Assembly: GCA_017543785.1 (NCBI GenBank)
Contig: JAFYFI010000127.1
Coordinates: forward strand, 1 to 46,421
Reading direction: 5' to 3'
Source of the DNA: Alloprevotella sp.
GTDB lineage: Bacteria > Bacteroidota > Bacteroidia > Bacteroidales > Bacteroidaceae
DNA length: 46,421 bases
Below, piece after piece: positions 1 to 12,582 of this stretch (position 1 is the stretch's first letter; each line of letters begins with the position of its first letter). Below the pieces are notes generated by a model. The model worked only from the letters and a program-made list of their open reading frames with translations. It ran no database searches and was not told where the DNA came from. A program made the position numbers and the translations under genes.

Positions 1-27
1 GAATATTGCCTACAGGTTCATGTCCAT

Positions 28-58
28 ACAAAATAAGGAAGGCAAAACCTTCCTTATT
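28..58 (-). terminator. Intrinsic terminator downstream of the beta-galactosidase gene
   Basis: 11-bp stem aataaggaagg (32-42) / ccttccttatt (48-58) with a 5-nt loop, followed by a T-run on the minus strand. Confidence 0.75.
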
Positions 59-176
59 CGTTAAACAAAATGTCGTAGGCTTTAAGTTCTTTTTTGAACT
101 CTTGCCTTACGGCGGCTTCTAATTCTTTGTCCTTAGTACGTTCTGCTAAGTCTATAAGCGAGTTTCTTTTCCGCTC

Positions 177-3644
<3,468 letters not shown>

Positions 3645-3733
3645 TTATTGTTTATATTTCTACTTACCAAATCAACATCTTAGCCAATACTTTCCAAGGA
3701 CAACAGACTGGCATTTCGATGACTATAACTCTG

Positions 3734-3741
3734 CAAAAATA
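3734..3741 (-). promoter_or_regulatory. Bacteroidetes -7 promoter box (TATTTTTG) for the beta-galactosidase gene
   Basis: Matches TAnnTTTG on the minus strand, about 110 nt upstream of the ATG. Confidence 0.55.
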
Positions 3742-3784
3742 ATCAAAAGTAAGCATTTGGGGTTCTGTCATTATTCAATTTTAG

Positions 3785-3792
3785 TAATTTTG
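3785..3792 (+). promoter_or_regulatory. Bacteroidetes -7 promoter box (TAATTTTG) for the argR-like gene
   Basis: Matches TAnnTTTG, 30 nt upstream of the ATG at 3823; supports the start at 3823 over 3757. Confidence 0.6.
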
Positions 3793-3822
3793 CAAAAAAA
3801 ATCAAAAGCATTAGTATTAGCC

Positions 3823-4296
3823 ATGTCAAAAACCAATCGTCTTGAGGCAATCCGCGCCATACTCCTGGAACAACAATCTGCCACTCAGGCTGAGATTCTG
3901 GAGGCTCTGACCGTTGCAGGCTATAACATTACACAACCCACGCTTTCCACTGACCTGAAAGCCCTGCACGCTGCAAAAGTAAGGACGCGCAACGGAACGA
4001 AATATATTCTTCCTACTCAGAAAGAGTATCAGCACACCATAGAGCCCACAGCCCTACCTGTCTCTTTACAAGTGGCAGGAATAAGCCACCACGCATTTGC
4101 TTCCAGCATACTGGTGCTTACCACTAAAGTAGGATATGCCGGAGCCATAGCCGCAGAGATAGACAGCAGGGAACTTCAAGAAGTTGCCGGTACAATAGCT
4201 GGCAGTGACACTGTATTTGTAGCACTCACCGAAGATGCGGATAAAGAGGCTTTTCTTGAAAAAATAAAGAAGATTTTCCCGACCTTGGCTTCTTAG
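3823..4296 (+). CDS. argR: ArgR-family transcriptional regulator (divergent)
   Basis: wHTH pattern RLEAIRAIL..TQAEILEAL..GYNITQPTLSTDLKAL..AKV..Y; C-terminal oligomerisation motif GYAGAIAAEID..VAGTIAGSDTVFV. Confidence 0.85.
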   Translation: MSKTNRLEAIRAILLEQQSATQAEILEALTVAGYNITQPTLSTDLKALHAAKVRTRNGTKYILPTQKEYQHTIEPTALPVSLQVAGISHHAFASSILVLTTKVGYAGAIAAEIDSRELQEVAGTIAGSDTVFVALTEDADKEAFLEKIKKIFPTLAS

Positions 4297-4457
4297 GAGG
4301 TTTCTTAGTAAACTCAGAGCAAAAAAATGGTAGTTATGTACTATCTGCATAGTGTTACTATCACACATGCAGGCTTCACTCCAACAAGCCGTCATTAACT
4401 CCACATTTGACTTCAAAAAAAACTATAGCGCCAAGACTCACAACACACAAAAGCTAC

Positions 4458-5126
4458 ATGATAAAAAACATCATTTTCGACATGGGCGGCGTGCTCATCA
4501 CGATAGACCACGACGAAGCTGTTAGAAGGTTCGAGGAAATAGGCATCAAGGATGCTTCGCTACTACTCGACCCCTACACACAGGGTGGACCATTCGGAGC
4601 TCTGGAAGAAGGAAAGATTGATGTGGAAACATTCATCAAAGAGCTGAGCCTCAAGGCAGGGCGTGAGCTAAGCTACGACGAGTGCGCCTATGGATGGCTG
4701 GGCTATGCAAAGGATGCACCGATGAGAAATTTCAAGACACTCAACACCTTGCGAGAGAAAGGATATAGACTCATACTTCTTTCAAACATGAATCCCTTCG
4801 TAAACGCATGGCTCGAGGCAAAATATACTCTCCCTGACAGGTTCCCAAAATCTTCGAAAGAGGGATTCTGGCAGCCACAAATTCCTACGGGAAAACCTTT
4901 GTCTGAGTTTTTCGATTCATGCTATCGCAGTTTTGAAATAGGCATGATGAAACCCGACGAGAGAGTCTTTAAACTTATTCTTGAAAGAGAGGGGATAGAA
5001 GCTGAAGAAACACTATTGGTGGATGACGGTCCTCGCAACATAGCCTCGGCAAAAAGAATAGGCTTTAAAACCTGTCAGCCTATAAACGGCGAGGACTGGA
5101 CAAATTTTGAGTTTTTAGGGCTGTAG
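4458..5126 (+). CDS. HAD-family phosphatase/hydrolase (YihX-like)
   Basis: Motif I IIFDMGGVL, motif II LLSN, KPD motif, motif IV LLVDD..NI..A..IG. Start moved to the ATG at 4458. Confidence 0.88.
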   Translation: MIKNIIFDMGGVLITIDHDEAVRRFEEIGIKDASLLLDPYTQGGPFGALEEGKIDVETFIKELSLKAGRELSYDECAYGWLGYAKDAPMRNFKTLNTLREKGYRLILLSNMNPFVNAWLEAKYTLPDRFPKSSKEGFWQPQIPTGKPLSEFFDSCYRSFEIGMMKPDERVFKLILEREGIEAEETLLVDDGPRNIASAKRIGFKTCQPINGEDWTNFEFLGL

Positions 5127-5190
5127 ATTGGTATATAGAATAAGTAGAGCGAAAGGAGTAAACCCCAAAAACCAACTATAAGACGGGAGG

Positions 5191-5769
5191 CTACTTGTTT
5201 TCTATAGCCTTGTTGTAACACTCGCGGCAGAGGGGTTCGTATTCGTCTTTTTCTCCCAGAAGAACCTGCTTTTCCCCCTTTACTATACGGTGGCTGATAT
5301 GCGCCAAAGAACCACACTTGACACAAATGGCATGAACTTTAGTAACATCCTCGGCTATGGCCATAAGTGCAGGCATAGGACCGAAAGGCTGCCCTTTGAA
5401 GTCCATATCAAGACCAGCCAAGATAACTCGCTTGCCACGATTGGCTAGTTCATTGCAAACATCTACAAGAGAATTGTCAAAAAACTGAGCTTCGTCAATA
5501 CCAACAACATCGGCATCACTTGCAAGCAACAAAATGCTGGTGGGAGAATCTACTGGAGTAGAAAGAATTGAGTTGCTATCGTGGGAAACAACCTCTTCGT
5601 CGGAATACCTTGTATCGATGGCTGGCTTGTATATCTCTACTCGCTGGCGAGCAAACTTTGCTCGTTTCAGCCTACGGATGAGCTCTTCGGTCTTGCCTGA
5701 GAACATCGAGCCACATACTACTTCTATACGACCCGGACGTACGTATTCTTCCTGATAGAGTTTGTTCAT
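5191..5769 (-). CDS. tdk: Thymidine kinase
   Basis: [15 protein letters not shown]-loop, [20 protein letters not shown], Zn ligands CVKC and CREC. Confidence 0.97.
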   Translation of the reverse strand: MNKLYQEEYVRPGRIEVVCGSMFSGKTEELIRRLKRAKFARQRVEIYKPAIDTRYSDEEVVSHDSNSILSTPVDSPTSILLLASDADVVGIDEAQFFDNSLVDVCNELANRGKRVILAGLDMDFKGQPFGPMPALMAIAEDVTKVHAICVKCGSLAHISHRIVKGEKQVLLGEKDEYEPLCRECYNKAIENK

Positions 5770-5911
5770 TGTAATGTTTGTTGATATAAAAATTCAAACT
5801 AAGACTTTCATAAGCATGCTGATAGGAAAATATTTCCAGAACCAGCCTTTATCGGGTGCTAAAGTACAAATTTATTTTTAACTTCGCGGTCGAAATAGGA
5901 ATAACTTTTTT

Positions 5912-6625
5912 ATGCAAACGCTTTCTTTCTGCAATCTCGCTATAGGATTTGGCAACGGCAAGGCAACGGTCAAAGTGTGCGAAGGACTCACTGCTACTCT
6001 GCAACCAGGCAAAGTCGTGGCGCTTATAGGGAGAAACGGCATGGGAAAGAGCACTCTGATACGCACTCTGGCTGGACTGATTCCCCCTATTGAAGGAGAG
6101 ATATATCTTGGAAGGAAGTCTATAAAAGGACTTCAACAAAGCGAATATGCAAGGGAAGTATCCGTTGTACTGACTAAAGTTTCCGACACAGGATACCTTA
6201 CAGCCGCAGAAGTAGTGGCAATGGGAAGGCATCCCTATACCGATATCTTTGGACGACTACGAAGCAACGACAAAGACGTCATCAGCAAGGCTCTAGAAAG
6301 CGTAAATGCGACTCACCTGATGGATAAGCCTATCGCTCAGTTGTCCGATGGTGAAAGACAACGTATAATGATTGCAAAAGCCTTGGCACAAAATTCACAG
6401 ACAATCTTGCTTGACGAGCCGACTGCATTTCTGGACTACCCTTCCAAACTCGAAGCACTTAGCCTGCTCAACAAGCTGGCTCGCCATGAAGGCAAGGCAA
6501 TCCTATTCTCCAGCCATGACCTAGAACTTGCAATAAAATATGCCGATATGCTGTGGCTGTTGAAAAATAACAATTTAGAAGAAATTCTACCCGAACAATT
6601 TGACTTGGACACTCTTTATGAATAA
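5912..6625 (+). CDS. ABC transporter ATP-binding protein (FepC/BtuD-like)
   Basis: Walker A GRNGMGKST, MGRHPY, signature LSDGERQR, Walker B ILLDEPT, SSHD switch. Confidence 0.9.
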   Translation: MQTLSFCNLAIGFGNGKATVKVCEGLTATLQPGKVVALIGRNGMGKSTLIRTLAGLIPPIEGEIYLGRKSIKGLQQSEYAREVSVVLTKVSDTGYLTAAEVVAMGRHPYTDIFGRLRSNDKDVISKALESVNATHLMDKPIAQLSDGERQRIMIAKALAQNSQTILLDEPTAFLDYPSKLEALSLLNKLARHEGKAILFSSHDLELAIKYADMLWLLKNNNLEEILPEQFDLDTLYE

Positions 6626-7565
6626 TACAAAAGCTACTCCCAGCAAGCTGAAAGCATGGATACTTGCAGCTCGCCCTAAAACACTCAGCGGCGCTCTAAT
6701 ACCCGTGATTGTAGCCTCTGCCCTAGCATGGCGCGACTCCACATTTCGCCTTGTTCCGGCACTCTACTGCGCCATTTTCGCAGCACTGATGCAGATAGCT
6801 GCAAATTTCATCAACGACCTCTACGATTTCCGCCGTGGCACCGATGGCGCTGACCGCCTAGGCCCCGAACGGGCTTGTGCACAGGGGTGGATTTCTCCAA
6901 GAGCTATGGGCTATGGCATAGCAATAGTGCTTTTTTTCGCAGCTTTCATCGGCATAGCCATTGTCATCAGTAGTGGGGCTTGGATTGACTTTGAATACGA
7001 TGTCATAACTATAAAATGGAGCAATGTGCTTTGGCTTTGTGCCATAGGCATAGCCTGTTTTATCTTTGCTTTTCTCTACACCACAATACTAAGCTACATG
7101 GGCGGTGGAGATATTCTAGTATATGTATTCTTCGGCTTTGTCCCTGTACTTGGCACTTACTATGTGCAAGCCTTAAGACTTACCGCTGATGCTTGGTGGG
7201 CGGCAGCGGCTTGCGGACTCGTCATCGACACACTCCTTATCATAAACAACTACCGCGACCGGGATACTGACAAGGTTTCGGGAAAGCGAACACTCATTTC
7301 GATATTCGGAGAACGCTTTGGCAGCATAAGCTATCTGGCGCACGGTATTTTAGCTGTTATAGCAGGAATTATCCCCATCTGCTCAAGCATGCCCGGCGAG
7401 GCTTGGAGCGCATTGATACCTGCCTTGTACCTTGTGCCTCATGTAATGACATGGAAGAAGATGATAAAAATACGTTCCGGGAAGGAACTTAACAGAATAC
7501 TTGGCGAGACATCACGCAATATGCTCCTATTTGCTATACTTCTGAGCATAGCATATTGCTTATAA
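6618..7565 (+). CDS. menA: 1,4-dihydroxy-2-naphthoate octaprenyltransferase
   Basis: WILAARPKTL, NFINDLYDFRRGTD and NNYRDRDTDKVSGKRTL Asp-rich motifs; multiple TM helices. The ATG at 6618 overlaps the upstream stop. Confidence 0.93.
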   Translation: MNNTKATPSKLKAWILAARPKTLSGALIPVIVASALAWRDSTFRLVPALYCAIFAALMQIAANFINDLYDFRRGTDGADRLGPERACAQGWISPRAMGYGIAIVLFFAAFIGIAIVISSGAWIDFEYDVITIKWSNVLWLCAIGIACFIFAFLYTTILSYMGGGDILVYVFFGFVPVLGTYYVQALRLTADAWWAAAACGLVIDTLLIINNYRDRDTDKVSGKRTLISIFGERFGSISYLAHGILAVIAGIIPICSSMPGEAWSALIPALYLVPHVMTWKKMIKIRSGKELNRILGETSRNMLLFAILLSIAYCL

Positions 7566-7611
7566 AAAGAAGAGGCTGCGAAGAAAAATTTTTCTTCGCA
7601 GCCTCTTCTTT
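7566..7611. terminator. Perfect 46-bp palindrome; probable bidirectional terminator between menA and tRNA-His
   Basis: aaagaagaggctgcgaagaaaaa (7566-7588) is followed immediately by its exact reverse complement (7589-7611), between convergent genes. Confidence 0.8.
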
Positions 7612-7612
7612 G

Positions 7613-7687
7613 GGTGCCTAATGGGACTCGAACCCATGACATTCAGAACCACAATCTGACGCTCTAACCAACTGAACTATAGGCACC
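7613..7687 (-). tRNA. tRNA-His (GTG)
   Basis: Minus strand GGTGCCTATAGTTCAGTTGGTTAGAGCGTCAGATTGTGGTTCTGAATGTCATGGGTTCGAGTCCCATTAGGCACC. 8-bp acceptor with encoded G-1:C73, anticodon stem TCAGA/TCTGA around GTG, T-loop GGTTCGAGTCC. Full CCA is not encoded. Confidence 0.97.
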
Positions 7688-7717
7688 ATGTGCAAGGCTT
7701 TTCGCCTTTAGCGGGTG

Positions 7718-7725
7718 CAAAGTTA
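7718..7725 (-). promoter_or_regulatory. Bacteroidetes -7 promoter box (TAACTTTG) for tRNA-His
   Basis: Consensus match 30 nt upstream of the tRNA. Confidence 0.75.
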
Positions 7726-7849
7726 TGCTTTTCTATAATTATAGACAAAACTTTTTGTCAGAATTTTATGCTAGTGGGTAATATTCCACCTATGTTTTGT
7801 AGGTTTTTGGTCTTATATTCATATTCTCTACAAGCCCAAATGCCTATGA

Positions 7850-8728
7850 CTAATGATAATACTCCTTTCTCGCCGCGGCTAAGGTGTTTTGCATAAGCAT
7901 AGCTATTGTCATAGGACCGACACCACCAGGAACGGGTGTTATGTATGCACACTTGGGCGCTACCTCGTCAAACTTGACATCGCCGGCAAGTCTATAGCCC
8001 CGAGCGCAGCTGGCATCGGGAATTCTCGTGGTGCCCACATCGATGACAGTAGCACCTTCGCGCACCATATCTGCCGTCACAAACTCTGGCTGACCAATGG
8101 CGGCAATGAGGATGTCTGCACGCCGACATTCGTCGGCAATATTCAGTGTGTGGCTGTGGCAGACCGTAACAGTAGCATCCCCATAGCTACGTTGCATAAG
8201 CATGCTCGCGAGAGGTTTACCAACGATATTGGAACGTCCAAGTATAACGACACGTTTACTGCGCGTGCGGACATCATATCGTCGCAATAGCTCTAGTATG
8301 CCGCGTGGTGTAGCTGAGACGAAGCATGGAAGACCTGCATTTAGGCGACCTGTGTTGACGGGGTGAAAACCATCAACGTCCTTTCGATAGTCAATAGCCT
8401 CGATAACCCGACGTTCGGAGATATGGTGTGGAAGAGGAAGTTGAACGATGAATCCGTCGATTTCAGGATTATCGTTGAGTTTTTTCACCTCATCTATTAA
8501 CTCCGTTTCGGTTATACCAGTACCGAAATGAAGTAAGGTGCTTTCAAATCCACAATCATGACAAGCCTTTACCTTATTGTTGACATACGTAAGGCTACCA
8601 CCATCATGCCCCACAAGAATCGCTGCCAGGTGAGGACGACGAAGTCCAGCAGAAACCATTTTCTGAACTTCGTCTGCTATTTCGTGGCGTATTTTCTCCG
8701 CCGTAATTTTTCCGTCAAGTATTTGCAT
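7850..8728 (-). CDS. folD: Methylenetetrahydrofolate dehydrogenase/cyclohydrolase
   Basis: [50 protein letters not shown]. Confidence 0.97.
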   Translation of the reverse strand: MQILDGKITAEKIRHEIADEVQKMVSAGLRRPHLAAILVGHDGGSLTYVNNKVKACHDCGFESTLLHFGTGITETELIDEVKKLNDNPEIDGFIVQLPLPHHISERRVIEAIDYRKDVDGFHPVNTGRLNAGLPCFVSATPRGILELLRRYDVRTRSKRVVILGRSNIVGKPLASMLMQRSYGDATVTVCHSHTLNIADECRRADILIAAIGQPEFVTADMVREGATVIDVGTTRIPDASCARGYRLAGDVKFDEVAPKCAYITPVPGGVGPMTIAMLMQNTLAAARKEYYH

Positions 8729-8813
8729 GGGGATATAAGTTATTTGAAAATTTGTCTTAAGATTCCTTTACGTGGTTGATTTGCGACAAGTTTGAAATTT
8801 AGTAAAAAAGTGC

Positions 8814-9692
8814 CTATTCATCGAGAAAACGATGTTGCAAATCTCCAAAGCAATCTATACGTCGGTCACGCAAGAAAGGCCACCAGCGTCGTACTTGTTC
8901 GCTACGCTTCAAATCTACTTCTACAACCGCAGATATTTCCTTATCTTGAGGAGCAGAGTATAATATCTCGCCTTGTGGACCGCAAACAAAGCTGCTGCCC
9001 CAGAACTGAATTCCTTTTGTTTGTCCACTTGGATCTATTTCAAGCCCTACACGATTTACACTTACCACAGGCAAACCGTTTGCGACAGCATGCCCACGCT
9101 GCACTGTCAGCCAAGCTTCGCGCTGACGTCCTTTTTCTTCGATGGAATCGCTACTTTCATATCCTATTGCGGTAGGATATATGAGAATATCTGCTCCAGC
9201 AAGTGCCATTAGACGAGCGCCTTCTGGATACCATTGATCCCAGCAAACTTGTACGCCTAAGCATCCCACACTCGTCTTAATAGGCTGAAATCCGAGGTCG
9301 CCAGGAGTAAAATAGAATTTCTCATAATAGGCAGGGTCATCGGGAATGTGCATCTTACGATATTTCCCTGCTATGCTGCCATCTTTCTCAAAGACTACGG
9401 CAGTATTGTGATAGAGCCCAGGAGCACGCCGCTCAAACATGGAAGTAACGAGCACTATTTCACTCTCACTAGCAACTTGAGCATAGAATTGTGTGGCTGG
9501 ACCTGGGATAGGCTCAGCTAAACTAAAGTTGTCGACGTCTTCAGTTTGACAAAAATATGGCGAGTCATGCAATTCCTGCAAAACGACCAGTTCAGCACCT
9601 TCAGCAGCAACCTTTGATATAAGCTTACGAAGTTTTTGCCTATTGTTCTGCGCTTCTGCCTCGCAGGAGATTTGTATTATTCCTATTTTCAT
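8814..9692 (-). CDS. aguB: N-carbamoylputrescine amidase (carbon-nitrogen hydrolase)
   Basis: Nitrilase triad LQEL / YRKMHIPDDPAYYEKFYF / VCWDQWYPE, WPFLRDRR; adjacent to agmatine deiminase. Confidence 0.9.
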   Translation of the reverse strand: MKIGIIQISCEAEAQNNRQKLRKLISKVAAEGAELVVLQELHDSPYFCQTEDVDNFSLAEPIPGPATQFYAQVASESEIVLVTSMFERRAPGLYHNTAVVFEKDGSIAGKYRKMHIPDDPAYYEKFYFTPGDLGFQPIKTSVGCLGVQVCWDQWYPEGARLMALAGADILIYPTAIGYESSDSIEEKGRQREAWLTVQRGHAVANGLPVVSVNRVGLEIDPSGQTKGIQFWGSSFVCGPQGEILYSAPQDKEISAVVEVDLKRSEQVRRWWPFLRDRRIDCFGDLQHRFLDE

Positions 9693-9753
9693 GAGAGTAA
9701 TGTTTTTAATGGGTTCTCCTCAATACCAACACAAATTTGTTATGACAAACATA

Positions 9754-10887
9754 TCACAGCCTTAAAATTCCCTTTGGGTATTGCATCGTGGAACAATGGA
9801 GAGAGCCATGCTGTCTGATTAAGCTACAACAGTCTATTCCGACTATGTCGTATTTTGGAAAAGCCTGAAGCAATGCACGCCGCGCCTTCTCGTCATTTTC
9901 TGGCTGATTGTATGTAGGCATTAGTATGGCTTTGTTCATAACGAGATAGTTTGCATAGGTTGCTGGAAGTCGCTCGTTTCCGTCATATATAGCCGTTGGC
10001 AATGGCAAGGGGATAAGTTCAAATGGTGCGCCCTCTGCGTCGGTGAAGGTACGAAGTTGTTCTTCCATCATTCTCAGTTCTTCATAATGCTCATCAGCCT
10101 CGTCTTGGCATTTCACATAGGCTATCCGTCTGCCTGGGCAAAGGCGCGCCAAGGTATCTATATGGCTGTCGGTGTCATCGCCTTGCAAGGCTCCATGCTC
10201 CAGCCAAAGTATGTTTGTCACTCCTAATTTCTCTGAGAGATAATCCTCAAGGATTTTAACATCTTGCTGACGACCTCTATTTGGATTTAGTAAACACTGC
10301 CGTGTGGTGAGCAATGTACCCATTCCATCGGTCTCTATGCTGCCACCCTCTAGTTCGAAATCCAAACAATCGACATATTGCCCATGCAACAAGTTAGCTT
10401 CGAAAAGACTACGATTTATGGCATTGTCTTTATCTGCTGAAAATTTTCCTCCCCAACCATTAAAGCGGAAGTCAAGTAGTTCGGGCTCGCCTGTTCCAAT
10501 AACTGTGAGGAAACCATGGTCGCGAGTCCACGTATCGTCTGTGGGGCAAGAGAAATAAATAATATTCTCAGTAGCTCGCAGAGGGAGTCTGTTTTCCAAC
10601 AGTTTCTTCACATCTTCTGCGTTGGGATGGACTATGAGCAGTATTTCCCTTATAGCTATCTCGTAGGCAATTCTTATATAAGTTTCTGTAACTTCCTGAA
10701 GCATTGGAGCCCAGTCGGTATCGCCATGAGGCCATGTGAGTTGCACTCCGCTTTGGGGGAACCACTCTGCAGCCAAAGTCCTGCGAAAGCGCCTAATTGG
10801 CGACTGTCGCGAATCGCTACGCAGATATGACTCTACATCAAGAAGGTCTGCGCGTGGCATTTTTGGTGGTAAAGTGAATATTCCCAT
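9754..10887 (-). CDS. aguA: Agmatine deiminase family protein
   Basis: AEW..WPH, DTWTRDHG, FNGWGGK, LEGGSIETDG, DDTDSHID, ATYANY, GSLHCST catalytic Cys motif. Confidence 0.92.
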   Translation of the reverse strand: MGIFTLPPKMPRADLLDVESYLRSDSRQSPIRRFRRTLAAEWFPQSGVQLTWPHGDTDWAPMLQEVTETYIRIAYEIAIREILLIVHPNAEDVKKLLENRLPLRATENIIYFSCPTDDTWTRDHGFLTVIGTGEPELLDFRFNGWGGKFSADKDNAINRSLFEANLLHGQYVDCLDFELEGGSIETDGMGTLLTTRQCLLNPNRGRQQDVKILEDYLSEKLGVTNILWLEHGALQGDDTDSHIDTLARLCPGRRIAYVKCQDEADEHYEELRMMEEQLRTFTDAEGAPFELIPLPLPTAIYDGNERLPATYANYLVMNKAILMPTYNQPENDEKARRALLQAFPKYDIVGIDCCSLIRQHGSLHCSTMQYPKGILRL

Positions 10888-10936
10888 ATTAATCCTTGAA
10901 CTTATTAAAATCAGAATAACTTTAAGCTATTTATTC

Positions 10937-12529
10937 TCAAAAAGTCTTTCTATGTTGTAGGTACTGTATGAGACAATCTGTTGCAGCTGGTAATTCTACA
11001 TCAATCCTGCCTTCCTCCGGGAAGAATTTTTTGTCGTAGTCATCGCCTCCGCCTGACATAAAACTATCGCATACAATAATATATTTCTTTTTATTTTTTA
11101 CCCGTTTTTGGCTTCCGTCGGGGTTTACATAATACATTTTCTTAACGTGTCCGTCGGCATTGAGAACTACTCGCAAACCACTATACTGCATCCAGCCAAA
11201 ACGTTCGTTATGATAGCCAAATTCAACAAGTTCGCGCAATTTCTTGCCATCTATAAGGAAGGCGCACATATTATTCTGGAAAGGTAGCACCTCGCCTACA
11301 TCAAGAACACTGACATTTCCTTTCACAAATCCGCCGCGCGCAGAGCCGAAGTGGCTGACGCCAATCACGGGAAGGGAGTTCCCTTTTGCTTTTCGATAAG
11401 CATAAGCGTAAGACTCACAGACAAGAGTTCCTACTTCGGTGATGCGATATTTATTGTTACGGTCATGGGGCATTGACTTGCTACAGTATGCAACTTGAGT
11501 CCCAATAGGTACTCCACCAAGAGTCTTTGTACATTGAAGCAAGGAATCCACCTGTTGCTGCATCCGTAAGGCATGGGGCGTGAGTTCAGAACGTTGCCTC
11601 AAAGGAACGCGCACTATTTCGGGCTCTACACTTAGAACCTTCATAGCCATAGTATCTACACGACATTTGAGCATACAGATATACATTCCATGCCACCAGC
11701 CCTGCACTACAGGCTTATGGGAGTCATTGATATAACCGCAAACGGGATCGTGACTATGACCTGCTATGAAACCATGATATTCCTGATTGTTGAGTTTATA
11801 GAGTTCCTCTTCGTTTTTGTCATACCATACAGGGGAACCTTTTTTCTGGTTTGCGCCAATATGAAAAAAGAAAAAGCGCAAGTCAGCTTCATCTACTTTC
11901 TTATATTCGGGCAAAGCCTTCAGACTATCCAAGACTTTTGTATAATCACCGCGGAAGGTCATTCCCACGATGCGCCTTGCACTAATTTGTGTCTTTGCCG
12001 AAGAGGCTAGCATACCAACAAATGCCACTTTGACTTTCTTTGTTGGCGACACGGAGATTTCCTCAACTGTAAAGGGTTGCATACAACTAGGGATATTGCC
12101 TTTCGCATCATACACATTTGAGCATATATATTTTATGTCCCACCCATTTGGACGAATAGGGTCATCCTTCCATTTTTTAGAAAGTTCATCCAAGCCGTCA
12201 TCAAACTCATGGTTGCCTACTGCAGATATACGAATGCCTGCCTCGTTGAAGAAAACAGGCAGAAGCTGTCCCTTTGTTGCTGTATAAAAGTAGCTCCCTC
12301 CGAAATTATCTCCAGCAGAAACGACTATGTTGTGAGGATATACACTCTTAAGGGAGTCAAGAGTTTGCAACACAGATGCTGCGCCAGGAATATCCTGAGC
12401 AGGATTTTGCACAAATCCGCCATGGAAATCATTCAGGGAAAATATTGCAACATCAACGATGCCGTCCTGAGCAGCAACAGACATACTGGCTACAAACGTC
12501 AAAATGCTTAACAACTTTCTTAATTTCAT
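10937..12529 (-). CDS. Secreted bifunctional metallophosphatase / 5'-nucleotidase
   Basis: Signal peptide from MKLRKLL (12529). NDFHG, AGDN, GNHEFD and GHSH metallophosphoesterase motifs; C-terminal 5'-nucleotidase domain (VLPFQN, GGGDDY). Confidence 0.88.
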   Translation of the reverse strand: MKLRKLLSILTFVASMSVAAQDGIVDVAIFSLNDFHGGFVQNPAQDIPGAASVLQTLDSLKSVYPHNIVVSAGDNFGGSYFYTATKGQLLPVFFNEAGIRISAVGNHEFDDGLDELSKKWKDDPIRPNGWDIKYICSNVYDAKGNIPSCMQPFTVEEISVSPTKKVKVAFVGMLASSAKTQISARRIVGMTFRGDYTKVLDSLKALPEYKKVDEADLRFFFFHIGANQKKGSPVWYDKNEEELYKLNNQEYHGFIAGHSHDPVCGYINDSHKPVVQGWWHGMYICMLKCRVDTMAMKVLSVEPEIVRVPLRQRSELTPHALRMQQQVDSLLQCTKTLGGVPIGTQVAYCSKSMPHDRNNKYRITEVGTLVCESYAYAYRKAKGNSLPVIGVSHFGSARGGFVKGNVSVLDVGEVLPFQNNMCAFLIDGKKLRELVEFGYHNERFGWMQYSGLRVVLNADGHVKKMYYVNPDGSQKRVKNKKKYIIVCDSFMSGGGDDYDKKFFPEEGRIDVELPAATDCLIQYLQHRKTF

Positions 12530-12582
12530 AATGAGTTTTTTTTGATCTAAGATATATACAATATGGCTCTCGCACTTCATTC

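Noticed and set aside
3757-3822. Longer N-terminal extensions in the ORF track (also 4407, 12625, 15483, 28939, 38089, 38243, 45339)
   Set aside because: They start at non-ATG codons and run through promoter boxes or neighbouring genes; downstream ATGs give proper signal peptides or domain starts.
7566-7687. tRNA-His as attachment site of an integrated element
   Set aside because: No integrase and no duplicated tRNA 3' end were seen, and the flanking genes are housekeeping.
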